Source of the DNA: Podarcis tiliguerta
Lineage: Eukaryota
Direction: 5' to 3' (one strand)
Length of the DNA: 64,000 nt
NCBI GenBank assembly: GCA_965153285.1
Contig: OZ229114.1
Shown here: positions 12,766-25,524 of the stretch, in pieces
Numbering within the stretch: the first letter of the stretch is position 1
How the letters are laid out: each line of letters starts with the position of its first letter
Notes under the pieces: model-generated
Database searches by the model: none
What the model was told of the DNA's origin: nothing
What the model saw: the letters and a program-made list of their open reading frames with translations, nothing else
Position numbers and translations under genes: made by a program

Positions 12766-13495
12766 TAATGAGGGTGAAAGAGGAGAGCGCAAAATATGGT
12801 CTGAAGCTCAACCTCAAAAAAACGAAGATCATGGCCACTGGTCCCATCACCTCCTGGCAAATAGAAGGGGAAGAAATGGAGGCAGTGAGAGATTTTACTT
12901 TCTTGGGCTCCATGAACACTGCAGATGGTGACAGCAGTCACGAAATTAAAAGATGCCTGCTCCTTGGGAGAAAGGCGATGGCAAACCTAGACAGAGTCTT
13001 AAAAAGCAGAGACATCACCTTGCCAACAAAGGCCCGTATAGTTAAAGCCATGGTTTTCCCAGTAGTGATGTATGGAAGTGAGAGCTGGACCATAAAGAAG
13101 GCTGATCTCCGGAGAATGGATGCTTTTGAATTCTGGTGCTGGAGGAGACTCTTGAGAGCCCCATGGACTGCAAGAAGATCAAACGTATCCATTCTGAAGG
13201 AAATAAGCCCTGAGTGCTCACTGGAAGGACAGATCGTGAAGATGAGGCTCCAAGACTTTGGCCACCTCCTGAGAAGAGAAGACTCCCTGGAAAAGACCCT
13301 GATGTTGGGAAAGATTGAGGGCACAAGAAGAAGGGGACGACAGAGGACGAGATGGTTAGACAGTGTTCTCGAAGCTACAAACATGAATCTGACCAAACTG
13401 CGGGAGGCAGTGGAAGACAGGAGGGCCTGGCGTGCTCTGGTCCATGGGGTCACGAAGAGTCGGACACGACTAAACGACTAAACAACAACAACAAA
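12766..13495 (+). mobile_element. BovB (RTE-clade) LINE 3' fragment
   Basis: GLKLNLKKTKIM...YGSESWT...LMLGKIEG..RRGRQR.RW...VHGVTKSRTRLND; (AAC)n tail. Confidence 0.95.
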
Positions 13496-14301
13496 GTAAT
13501 GGAGGCAACTGCCAGGAAGCACCTCCCTCCAGTAATGGAATTTACATTTCCTGGGGAACGCATCAGCATTTTTTCCAATGTAGACGAAGTTATACCCCAA
13601 GGAACATGCTCTGGATGAGCAAGAGACCCTCTGCAACTACTCTGTCACTCTGGCAGGGAAATTGTATTGTATATTCTAAAAATAGCTTAATCCCTCTGCC
13701 CTTTTTATCATCAAATGCCACTTATTCCCAGCCCTATCCTAACAGAGACTATATTTTCCACAGTTGCCTGCAGGAGCAAGACTTCTTTCTCAATTTTGGC
13801 TACATCTCCCACCTTGACCTCCATCTTTCTGCCTCCCAGCCACGTGTGTTGCTTGGATTAGTCAGGACTCTTGCAGGGAGCGCAAGCCAGAACTACTGCT
13901 ATTTTTTAACCATAAAATGATGTTTTCTAGGAATCAGGGACAACAGCAAAATTCAGGGGGCCCTTGGCATGGGAGCCGTGGATGGGCTCCCACCCCCACC
14001 CACAAACTCTATCCTCCAATGTGGCTCCACCTTTTTTCTTTGACTGCCGCTGCCACAGCAACAACAACATTCACTGCCCTTCCCGCCCACACCCTTGGGC
14101 AGCTTTTTTACCTGTGGGTGGGTGAGAGGTGTCATGTGACAAAGGTATTTGAGAGCGGAAGCAGTACAACAATAAAGCAGTCTAGAAATGTTGTGAAATG
14201 CTGAAAAGCTGCAGAATCATTTAGCATGCTGAATCACGGTGCCTCATCTTGAGGATGACTCATTCTCTGTATAAGCATTGTATCTGCTTGCAGGCATACT
14301 C

Positions 14302-14336
<35 letters not shown>

Positions 14337-15889
14337 GTGCGTGTAGCCTGTGCTCTGTGAAGCCTGTGCTCAATGGAGACTCTGTGTGACTCAATAACTC
14401 TGTGTAAGCTCTGAAGCTACTTTAATCTTCTGTGCACTCTGCTGTTATTTGCAAACAAGTTTATTTTAACTCAGTAAAGCCTTTATTCTTTTACTGAAGA
14501 AGACTCTGCGTTATTAACTTACACTGCGTGTCAAGAGGTACTGCTGCTTTCGGACAGAAACCACTTGGGGGTCCCATCTGTGAAGGTTCCCACCCTTTTG
14601 AGGCATGCGATGCCTTGCCTTGGTCCAATGCAGTGCCAAAGCAATATCTTGGTCCATACACAAATCTATGAAATATCTGGCTTATAGTCTAGGCAAAGTC
14701 AGTCTTGGTAGCTTTTGCTTTGCCTTGTTTCAAATTGACCTGTTTTCTGTTAAGCACTTCAAGCCACAAAGCCATTTTATTTCCTGTATGCAATTTTGCC
14801 TAATGTATGCTTCTTTGAAAACTTAAGGAATTATTCTCATTGGGAGGAGATATGGATGCAGATATGGTTCCCTCTGTCACCTGCGGCGATACCCCTGTGG
14901 CACTGCTGCTCAAAATATACTTGGAAGTCATTAGTCATATCTGAGGAAAATAATGGATACAAATGCAATAGGATTTAAAGTTTGGGTAGAATAGCTTGAG
15001 CTTGTATATATACATATCCTTATTAACATTGGTGTTGATAACCTGGTTTTTCAGCCATTCTTATAACAGCTAATACTGCATGGGGCACAGCAAATGGGTC
15101 ATTAATCCTTTAAAAAGTACAATTTAATGCAATGCTTCATGACAGGAAGTGAGCAGGATAATAAAACCGTTTACTGCTCAAAACCACACTTAATATTTTT
15201 ATGGTGCAGTTGGCTCAACAAAATCATCTTTGTGAGTAATCACTTCAAAGAAAGGTCCTGGAGACCCATTAAAAATGACTGAAAATTCATGTTATAATGC
15301 TACAAGCACTTGAGATTTTAGAACTCCTCCTACCCCAAGCCAAGTTAGAAGAACTTCGGGCTGTATCAAGAGGGGCATTCATTCAGCAGTTTGAGGTCTA
15401 ATGTGACTATGTGAGGACTTGGCAAAATTAATGACTGATTTTATCCATATTGTAAATTACTTTAGTTTCAAGAGAAAACAGACAATCCACACTCTGGGAT
15501 AAATGGAAACCTTTTGAGATGTATTGGACTAGAGTTCCAGCTTACAAGGGAGTATGTTCATGAAATAGTGTAATTTGCTTTGTTTAAAATTTTAACATCT
15601 TTTTCTGATGAAAAAAATGTTTCTGTTTTTGTTATGTTTTATGGAAATAAGGAAAAATATAATTTCTAGACAGTTTTAAAAATAATAGGTGTAGATCCAC
15701 TTCTACTTTTCTCTCATATATATTCCAAAACATTTATCATCATCTATAAACAAAATGTTCAACATAATTTTTTCCTTGACTTTCCCGCCGCTCATTTCCT
15801 GATATTCATTTATCTAAATTTGGCTATCATCAGTAATCCGCTGTTTATATTTAAAATTCTGCCCACAACTACATTTATGTGTGATATTT

Positions 15890-16400
15890 CCCATTGCTAT
15901 TCCCTCACCAGATGGGCACACCCTGGATCAGATGAGAAGCTTCCCATACCTGGGACGGACATTCCATCACACAATGACATGGACCACCCATAGATCTGCT
16001 GCCCTCCAAAAAGCACAAGTTAGTCAATCGGCCACTCTGTGCTACTTCTTTACTAAAGGGGGCCAATATATTCCACCTGCCATCAAAGTATTCAATGCTC
16101 AATGCCTCTAATATCTGGAGTGGAGGATTAACAACTGAATTGGATAATCTCCAGGCTAAATTCTTGAGGGCTCTCCTCCAGACCCTCAGATATGTGCCTA
16201 ACTCAGTCATTTTCTTGGAGACTGGGGAATGCCCTCTACTGACCTGGGTCTGGAGGGCAGCCTTACGATAGTGGCTTAAGGTCAATGTTTTCAAACTGGA
16301 CACAGGACTACTCCAACATCTAGCTCAGGATGAGTTGTAAGTTGCTGGTCCAAGCGCAACACCCAAAAAGCTTCCTCAATTGGGCTGTCCTCATCTCTTC
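15890..16400 (+). mobile_element. Old RTE-X-like LINE fragment
   Basis: FPYLG...FFTKGGQYIPPAIKVFNA...QAKFLR pattern; related to 38618-38855. Confidence 0.6.
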
Positions 16401-17339
16401 CCAGAGTATCTTCAGTAGTTGCCAAGTTGAGGCAATCAGGATCAGAGAGCACTTTGTATTAGTTAAAGGTCTGAAACAAGCTTAGTTTTATCCAATGTCC
16501 AAGTAGTATGTATGTTCTTTAATTTTATGTACTAGAATCTATTTGTGGGTGGATGACAATAAATAAATAAATGATTGATTGATTTATGTATGGGTGATAC
16601 TTTTATATATAATCCACCAATGGTCTCAATTCCTCCTTAAACACTTCATCATTATGTCCTCTTAGTTTGACAGTTAATTTTGCCATTTCAGCCTAGTCCA
16701 TAAGCCATTCCTCCTTCGCTGGTAATCCTTCTTTCCACTCCTGTGCATATAAAGTTCTAGCTGCTGTTGTCATGGACATAAATAAATTAATCAGCTTTTT
16801 CAGGACTTCTGTCCCCATTATTCCTAGCAAAAAAGATCCACTTCTACTTTTCTATGCTATCTGTGTTATCATCTTCTGCTTATGACCAGCAACTACTTCA
16901 TGCCCAGGTTATAGGCAAAGTATGAAAATCTGTTTATTGGCTGACAATGTCAAAGTGGAGCTTTCCAAACAGAGGTTGGAGGGCCACCTTTCAGGGATTC
17001 CTTAGCAGTGATTCTGCACTGTAGGGGATTGGTCACCCATGGGGTCACTTCCAACTCTACAATTCTATGATATTATCATGTCTTTGTTCACTCTGGTCCC
17101 CCAGCACTGACACATTCAGCAACGTATGAAAAGGTCCTATGCTAGGGATGGACATATAAATAAGCTTGTGAAATTGACACAGATTTGACAAGCCCATTTT
17201 GTCCCATGTCCGTATTAACCTGTGATTTAAAAAAAATTCAATTCAAATGTACATTTAAATATATGGTATTTTAACACCAAGTATGCATTTAGATACATAT
17301 TTTATCTCATTGTAAGTGGCCAGGTTGTTCACTTAGGGC

Positions 17340-18790
17340 AGGACAATTTGAGCATGTGTCAATCCTGGGCCGACTGCACTGGCTGCCAGTCAGTTTCTGG
17401 GCCCAATTCAAAGTGTTGGCTTTATTCTATAAAGTGATAAATGGCTTAGATCCACCTGGGCCATAGCTCGGGGGTGGAGAGTTGGGCCCCCAGCAGGGAT
17501 GCAAACGAGGGGGGGGCATAAAATCAGCTACAGAGACACTCTGCCAGGCGCTCTTTCCAGCCAGTGCTCCCTGCCCGCAGCCCAGGCAGGGCGGGGAAGA
17601 GGGTGTGCTGGGTGGCTCCTGCTCTCGGCCGCCCCCCTCGCCCCTTGGCCCTCCTGGCAGCTGGGCTGGCTAGGCAGTCTGGCAGAGGATCCTGTGCGTG
17701 CCCCAGCACCCCATCCCAGTTGCCCTCTCCCAGACCTTGCTCAGGGCCTCGGGGCTGGGAAGGCCCACCAGCCTCGGCTCCTGACACTGCCTGGCCCACC
17801 TCACTGCCTGCGCCCCTGCCTCTCCAGGCGTGGCGGAGACTCACCAACTTAAAACCCTGCCTACTCCAGAGTCACACTTCTCTCTCTCTCTCTCTCCTTT
17901 TGCACACCCTCCCTCATGGGTGCCAACTTGAATAAAAGCAGGTAAGCACTGCCCTGTATAATCAACCACAAGATGGAGCGCGCACACACTATTTGAATGG
18001 CAATGCCCATTAATGGGGGAGAGGGGGGACTTCCTCAAACATTTTTTTTTGGGGGGGGGGGTGAAGGAACCCTGGCTCCAAGAAGTTGGCTCCCATGCCC
18101 TTCTCCCTATTAAAGTGGGGTGCTCCCCACTATATGCAATTTCACATGCAGGCAGGGGCCCGGAACATAACCTGCGCATAAGTGGAGATGCCTATATCAA
18201 CTAGGTCAGCCTTCCCCATCTTGGGGAAATCAATCAGAATTCATTACAAAAAATAATTAATTACAAGGTGAAGTGTGTGAGGAATTGCATGGGTGCAGGG
18301 TGTGTGTGTGGAGGAGAGGTGGAAAGAAAAGCTAATTTGTTTGTGGCTAGGGGGTGTAATCTGACGGTTCTGCCAGGGATGCAAGATCACCTAGCTATGG
18401 CTCTGAGATCCACAATACATCAAGGACTGCCTCTCTCCATATGAACCTACCTGGACCCTGAGATCATCCTTTGAGGCCCTTCATTGTGTGCCCTCTCCAC
18501 AAGAGGTCCAGAGGGCATCAGCATGAGAATGGGCCTTTTCTGCAATAGGTCCCCACTTGTGGAAGGCTCTCCCCACAGAGGTTTGCCTGCTGCCTTTGTT
18601 GCATATCTTCAGGTGAAAACATTCCTCTTCTCCAAGGCCTTTGGCTAACTTAACAATCTATGTCCTTTTAAACTGGGGGGGGGGGGGCAGGGGGGGCGGT
18701 TTGTTACTATATTGTGTATTTTTGTGTTTTTGTATTGTAAACTGCCCTGTGATCCTCCAATGAAGGTTGGTATAGGAATTTAATTAATTA
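17340..18790 (+). mobile_element. L2 3' fragment interrupted by a hAT MITE (17456-18405) that contains a second MITE (17915-18097)
   Basis: LHWLPV..AQFKVL resumes after the insertion; 8-bp TSD AGATCCAC; inner CATGGGTGCCAACTT / AAGTTGGCTCCCATG TIRs. Confidence 0.8.
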
Positions 18791-19229
18791 ATAATGCACA
18801 CATTGCAAATGAACTGCATTTAAAAATGTCGCTATCTTTTGGAGATTGGAACTGTGCTGCAAAACCTGGAGAAATGCAAAATAGAAGAATAATTACATTC
18901 CAATCAACATTTGAGTCCAAGAGGTGCAAATGAGTTCAGTCCACTTAAAAATTCAAATCAAACAAAGGGCTCTTCCAACCTTGTTCTTTCATGTCCAAAA
19001 CGACCAGGGCACAAGGGCTTCTCCATGCAGGCAGGAATCCTGACTAGCCAGAATTCCTACTGGCATGGAGGAGCCTCTATGCATGGGATACTGAACGCAA
19101 AGCCAGCAAGGGGAGTGGGCCTGGTGGGGCATGGCTAAAAGGGCGCTCTTCTGTTCTGTCTTACGTGTTTGCTGGTCATAATGTGGACGTTCTGTCTGTA
19201 GTACTAGATCTGTGATGGCCCATTAATTA

Positions 19230-19465
19230 CAGTGGTACCTCGGGTTACATACGCTTCAGGTTACAGATGCTTCAGGTTACAGACTCTGCTAACCCAGTAA
19301 TAGTGCTTCAGGTTAAGAACTTTGCTTCAGAATGAGAACAGGGCTCCGGCGGTGCGGCAGCAGCAGGAGGCCCCATTAGCTAAAGTGGTGCTTCAGGTTA
19401 AGAACAGTTTCAGGTTAGGTACGGACCTCAGGAACGAATTAAGTACTTAACCCGAGGTACCACTG
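19230..19465. mobile_element. Tigger-like MITE
   Basis: CAGTGGTACCTCGGGTTA TIRs, TA TSD. Confidence 0.9.
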
Positions 19466-19579
19466 TATGCTAATCACTTGTTCCACTGATCTAGCTGATA
19501 AAGGATACCAAAAACCTTCACTTTCTGTTCATAAGTATTTATTGTCCACGTCTAAGACATTTGTTATTTTTATTAAATA

Positions 19580-19820
19580 CAGTGGAACCTCGGTTTTTGA
19601 GCGTCTCGGAAGCCAAACGTTTTGGAAGCCAAACGCCAAAAACGTAAAACGTAATTGCTTCCATTTTTGAACACACCTTGGAAGTTGAACGGCTTCCACT
19701 GCGTGTTTTTCTTTTTTCTCAATGGGTTTTGCTAACTGCGCATTGTTCCTCGGTTTTCGAATGTTTTGGAAGTCGAACAGTCTTCTGGAACGGATTATGT
19801 TCCAAAATGAGGTTCCACTG
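19580..19820. mobile_element. Tigger-like MITE
   Basis: CAGTGGAACCTC TIRs, TA TSD. Confidence 0.9.
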
Positions 19821-20711
19821 TATTTCACAGCCATGCCTATTAATTATCATTTCCTTTCTGGGCTACTGAAATCCAGTGCATGTCTAGTGCTCTAACTATC
19901 TTAGAAACAGCATTCAATTTGAGAAGTACAAAATAATTTCTAGGTTAGATACATGGTTTGACAAAGTATGAAACCGAATTTCAGGGCACTATTCCTGAAG
20001 AGGAATTTCATCTTTTTAAAACTAAAATGACAAGAAAGAGATAAAACTGGTGAAGCCTCAAACCCATATTTCGCACTATAAGCATGTGCAGTACTTGCAG
20101 CATTCACCAAGTTCCATTAATCAACTACAGAAATAAGAATTGTAAGACTTTTCCTAAGACATCACCTACCTCGCTTATGACAGATTAGCAACTGTGCACA
20201 ATTGATAACTCAATTCTCCAATTTGTAATCTTCATTTAATTAGTATGCAGATTAAATTGGGCTGAGTCTCCTTAACTTCAAGTTTAACTGCTACCTTAAG
20301 TTAAACAGAAACAATACTTGAATGACATCTTCATTGTACAGCATTATAAAATTTATTTTTCCACACATCAGCATTTCACTTTACTTATTTAATCTTTAGG
20401 CTGCTCTTTGTATACGAGTGTGTTTTAGTTGTGATTAGCATTTTGCTTTTTTTAGCGTCATGTGAAAAACTGAAAATGTTGATTTCTTGCCCCTTCAAAT
20501 GAGTTAGACTAACCATATGAAGGATTCTTAAAGGCTCAAAAACACAATAATAAAAAGGTGTTTTGAATTATTACATTTTGGAGCCTTTAGGAATCCTTCT
20601 TACCTTTCGTCTCCAGTTATACTCTCCTAAAAACAAGATTGAGCACAAGTGGAAGACTGCAATCCTGCACTTTCATGCCTGTGTGTTTCGTAGTGAAATA
20701 GTGAGTGATGC

Positions 20712-20715
<4 letters not shown>

Positions 20716-20755
<40 letters not shown>

Positions 20756-20777
20756 CCTCTCTCTCTCTCTCTCTCTC
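20716..20777. repeat. (CT)n microsatellite
   Basis: Direct reading. Confidence 0.95.
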
Positions 20778-22555
20778 CATGCCCTCCCAGTGTGGATAAG
20801 ATCTCATAAAATCTGATGGAAAGAGAAAAAAATTGCTCTTGATCTTCTAACTCTGAGTTTGATGGCGAGCCAAGTATTTTAAACAGCGGGCCTTTCATAA
20901 CAGGGAATACTAGACCTAGGAGTTTGGGGTATGCTGTCTAACCACAACGCTTAGCACATGTCAACATAACTGATAACCAAGCTGCACCTCTCAACCTCCC
21001 ATGCAGCCTAAGCGCTGGCCTCCTGCCAGCTTCTAAATCCTAATTAACACTCTGCCATGGTATGACTGGAAGGTGAAAGCCGCAGCTTTATTTACTGCAC
21101 AATTAACTGGTAAACATGACTTAATCATAATTTAAACATACAGTGTTTACGAGAACCTTTCCAAATCCCTTGAGACCCTTTCTGACCTAGATGTCATGGG
21201 TGAGAGCAGGGAAGGGAAGGGAGCTCCATTCTACTTTTGACTTTCTGTCTACATACTGAAGGTTCCAGACAAGTCCAGGTTCTCAAACTATTGCTATTAT
21301 TACAAAAAAGTATTTACTAAAATGTTTAAAAATAAGGAATACAAACAACAAAACTTAAGGTAAGCTGCTTTGCATAAATATAGTGCAAGACCGTTGGCAC
21401 ACTGATGATAAATAAAAAGAGGTTGCAGCAACTTTCTTAACTAACCTAACAATCTACAGCAGGCTAGTCATGTATCACCAAGCAGCAGCTTAATCCTTAT
21501 GGAATGGCAACACTTTCACCAGCCTTGTTATACCCACACTGAGTGACCCCAGCCTGGCTCAGAGCCATGAAGCATCTTCTGCCTCCTCACAGCTCCACAC
21601 ATCTTGTGAGAGTCGCCCCCTAAGTTCTGAGTACATGGGGTAGGCTGTTGCCAAGTGGACCCCCCTGCCTCAGATCTCGTCTAAGCTAAATAGTCACAAA
21701 AGACAAGTCTGGGGAGACACTGTCAAATTGCTCACTGACAAACCTATCTTACCCATAGCTTTTTAACTTGTTCTGGCCTTACTACAAGAAGACACATGCC
21801 CTGACTTCAGTCCTACCATGCCTGGATGAAATTCAGCAGGAGATCTGCAAAGAAAGAAAAATAACACCCTTCTTCCAAAAGATGTTTGTGGCCATCCCAA
21901 GACAGATGAGACCTTAAGAGCCTGATGTCAGTTTGAAATTAGCAACCTTCCCCATGTTCCTATTTGCCTCTTATCATCCCACCAAAGCCTCTTTCCCAGT
22001 CCTGATCAATGCAAAGTGTGACTGGGCCTGTACATTAAACAACTTCCCCAAAATATTTTCATTAAAGGGAATGAAAAGGAGGCTGTTAATTGTCCTGTAG
22101 GCAATGAAAGAAGGCAGGCAGAAACTCCTTCCAAAGCATACCACAACAGCTGAACCATGCCACCCTGGCAATCAAACAGATGGCAAGAAATTTGGCTCAA
22201 CAAGGATTAGAAATTTAGCTGGAAGCTTCCAGATCACAGGATTTTATCCACTCACTCCTCCAGGAAAATTCCTTTCATTACGGAAGGGAGACATAATCAA
22301 ATTGGGGGAGGAGGGAGATAGTAAAATGTAGATGAGCCCCATACTGATGGGCAAGGATGAAACAGCAGAAAGCCTAGAGGCAGGGAAGCAGATCAGAGGT
22401 GAATTATGGGCCACCAAAAGTGAGGGAGAGATAGCCTGGCTCAAGCAAGAAAGTCCATCACATCTCCAAACACCCAACGGAGGAGCCATGCCTCCAAAAC
22501 ACCTTGGATAACACCAGAACATACTGCATACAGTCTGGCTCCAAAGAGTTAAAAA

Positions 22556-23609
22556 CAGTGCTTTTTTCTGGGGGAACCCAGGGGTAAATGTACCCCTAAA
22601 CATTTTGTGTTGCCCTGACCGACCGCCTGCCATCTCCGCAGTAGCAGCTCAGACTGGAGCTCCGTCATTCTCCTGCCAGTGCCCAGGGAGGGGAGTCGGG
22701 GGTGGCTGCAGGGGAGGCGACGGTGCTGCTGCTCCTCCTCCTCCTGCTGGGCTGGAGCCAGTCAGCGAGTTCTTGCCAGTGGCATCACAAGGTGGGGGCA
22801 GGGGGTGGTGTGCCCCGGGTGCCGTGTCTGAGGGGGGTGACAAGAAGGCAGCCCACAGGGTGCTTGCCCTGCCACCCTGGCGCAGCAGCGCAAGCAGCCA
22901 TGGAGGATCCTCGGCTGCAGCCGCGAGCAGAGGATCCCGCCACTGTCCGTACGGCGTTTGAGCGGCGCCTGCGGTAAACTGCTACATACAGCGCATGTGC
23001 TGTACCTAGCGGTTTGCCACCGGTGCCACTGGAGCGTCATACGGATGGCGGTGGGATCCCTCTGCCGCCAGCAGGAGCCGCTTATGGCAAGCAGGGGGCC
23101 CCCCTCCCAGCCTCCCTCCCTCTCTGGCACGCTCCCATTTTGCCGCTTTACAGCTAGCCAGGGAGGGAGGGGGATGGATGGGAGCCGTGGCTCCCGAGAG
23201 GACAAGCTGCTCAGCTTTGCCAGCGCCTCTGCAAAGCGGCATAGCTCCCCCTTCCCCCAACAGTTCGGGGTACTTGGTAGTCGTGGGGGGCGGCACAGAG
23301 GCGTAGGAGGCGGGGTGGACCACCCCAGGTGTCATCACTGAGGGGGTGACATTTGGCCTTCGACTCCCAAGCCTACCCCGAGCTGTCAATGTGGAGGGGG
23401 TGGTGGCCAAAAAATTTCCGCACTGGGTACCACCTGGGCTTGCTACACCTCTGGTTCTTGCCCCTCCTCGCTCAAGCTGAGCCCACCGTCACCATCGGCC
23501 TTCACGTCGCTGCTGCCTCAAGCCCCTCGTCCGGGGGTTGGGGGGGAGGGGGAGAGGCAGCAGCCAAAATGAGAGTACCCCTCAACATTTTTAAAGGAAA
23601 AAAGCACTG
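22556..23609. mobile_element. hAT MITE with nested hAT MITE (22777-23453)
   Basis: Outer CAGTGCTTTTTT TIRs with TSD GTTAAAAA; inner element with TSD GTTCTTGC. Confidence 0.88.
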
Positions 23610-23673
23610 GTTAAAAATATCATTGGATGCCCCCCTGCCTGCCCAAATACAAATTCACACCTAAGGGCAAATA

Positions 23674-23986
23674 CCGTATTTATCCATGTATTAGACAAGG
23701 TTTTTTTGACAAAAAAAAAATCATGTCAAAAAACTGGGGTCGTCCAATACACGGGTAGTGGCATGGGGGGGGGGAGGAGCTGTGCGCGCCAGTTGACGGG
23801 AGCACAACTTCCCCTGAATGCTGCAGCAAGCGGGAAACGATCTAGGGAGTGTTTCCTGCCCACAGCTGCATGGGGGAAGAAGCTCAACAGCTTTGGACCA
23901 TCTCCCCCCATTTTCTTAAAACTGAGTCCCCCAAAATAGGGGAGGTGTCTTTTGCATGGGGGCATCTTATAGACGAAAAAGTAAGG
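23674..23986. mobile_element. pogo/Tigger-type MITE
   Basis: CCGTATTT left end, degenerate right TIR, TA flanks. Confidence 0.75.
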
Positions 23987-24770
23987 TAAACAGATTGCTT
24001 ATGTAATGGTGCTTATCTAGAGACCCAATGACTCAGAGTCAAACTAGACTGCCCATGGAAAGGTCAACAGAAGCTCTTGTCACAGCTAACTTGCACGTAG
24101 GGCACAACCGTGTGGACAGCGATGTGGGACCATGCTTCTTTGTTTAAAAGGTCCTGACTCTTTCCTGCAACAGTTGTGCATTGTGCACAGGTGTCTGCTG
24201 ATAAATCCCTACATGTGAGCGCCGGTTTCTGCGTTGGAGATCTGGGCCCTCCAGACACTCTGACAGTTTCCTTGCCTCCGTGACTTCACAGATGGCCATG
24301 GTCTGTGGGAGAGGAGATGACAGCAATATATTCCACCCTCCTTCTTGACAATAAATTTCACTAAGCACACACATATAGAAAATTTGTTGCTTGCTACAAT
24401 TTCCTTAAGAACCTCTGCTCCCCAAACACACATCCAACTTACAAAAGGTGTCCCTGAAATGACCTATTTCCCAGGAACTTGGCACCTGCTCACAAAGTAA
24501 CATGTTCTGTGTCCCTTATTTGAGGCAAAAATAAGTACAGAGAGTTTTTAATGGGTGTAGCTAAAAGTGGATTGCCAAATGTTAGAAGGAGTGGGGGGTG
24601 GAAAATTGGGTGGGGGGATGGGACGAATTCATCCTGGAAGACAGCCTGGCCGGCTGGCTGGAACCTAAGCCAGAGTGCGCCACACTGCAACATTTTGTTG
24701 CAGCCACTCCTACTTCAAGAGTCTACAACGGTACAGTTCTCGAGAACAAACTCAAAGGCATGTAGGGCAT

Positions 24771-25524
24771 TGTCAGGGGTTCAGGAGCAGAGGCACAGGA
24801 AATGGAGAGCGAGGGGGAGGAGTCCGAAGGAAATGTCAGCGATGACAGCGGTCCGAGGTCTCTGAGTCTTTCCAGCGAATCGGAAGATTCACAGAAAGAG
24901 GCTCCCATGGTCAGGGCAAGGGGGGTGCCTAGGGGGACACCCCAGGAAGAAGGGGCCAGAGGGGACTCAGAGAGCAGCAGCTGGAAATCAGGACCAGCGT
25001 CCACACCAGAGTGCAGTAGGGGGGAGGAGTCCCAGGCATCGGGATCAGGCGGCGCACTGCCAGCAGAAGGACAGGAGACAGGACTGGCCACGCCTACATC
25101 GGGGAGCGAGGAAACGGTCGAGAGGAAGGTTGAAGGCTGGGAGCGCGCGCCAAGTTCAAATGTACAGGAGGGCGGCGCAGTTGGCAGCCCGGATAGGGAG
25201 CCAGGTCCCAAAGCCCGCCGAAGAGAGAGGGAGGAGTCAGGGGGGTCAACGTCTGCGTCGGAAGAATCCAGGAAGGAAGGGACCCCGGGGGGTAGCAGGA
25301 CCCAGAGGAGAAAGGAGAGACGGAAGAGGTGGAGTAAGGCTAGAATCTTAAACTGGTGTACAGGGGGCGGAGATTCAGATGGAGCTTCGCCGGTCTAAAC
25401 CCTAGACGTAGAGCTGGGGCGCTCCGGCTTGAAAATGGAAATTGTACTTCAATAAAGACTTTTGTACATTACTACCGGCTAGCGTTGGTCCTCTGTGAGC
25501 TGGGACCTGGAGCCAGCTCTGACA
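24771..25524 (+). mobile_element. Solo LTR (Gypsy-type), 754 bp
   Basis: TGTCAG...CTGACA termini; perfect 5-bp TSD GGCAT (24766-70 / 25525-29); AATAAA at 25451. Confidence 0.9.
24802..25398 (+). CDS. LTR-internal ORF, 198 aa, Ser/Glu/Gly-rich with basic C-terminus (function unknown)
   Basis: ATG in strong Kozak context (GAAATGG); uninterrupted frame; AATAAA 53 nt after the stop; expression unproven. Confidence 0.45.
   Translation: MESEGEESEGNVSDDSGPRSLSLSSESEDSQKEAPMVRARGVPRGTPQEEGARGDSESSSWKSGPASTPECSRGEESQASGSGGALPAEGQETGLATPTSGSEETVERKVEGWERAPSSNVQEGGAVGSPDREPGPKARRREREESGGSTSASEESRKEGTPGGSRTQRRKERRKRWSKARILNWCTGGGDSDGASPV

Noticed and set aside
14130-14610. Possible ERV solo LTR (TG...CA)
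   Set aside because: No matching TSD found; boundaries unsupported
22605-23664. Many overlapping 100-150 aa ORFs (also 17482-18204 and 27679-28397)
   Set aside because: They lie inside GC-rich non-autonomous hAT elements, where stop-poor composition explains them
24723-25211. 162-aa antisense ORF in the solo LTR
   Set aside because: Shadow frame of the low-complexity sense ORF; runs out of the element
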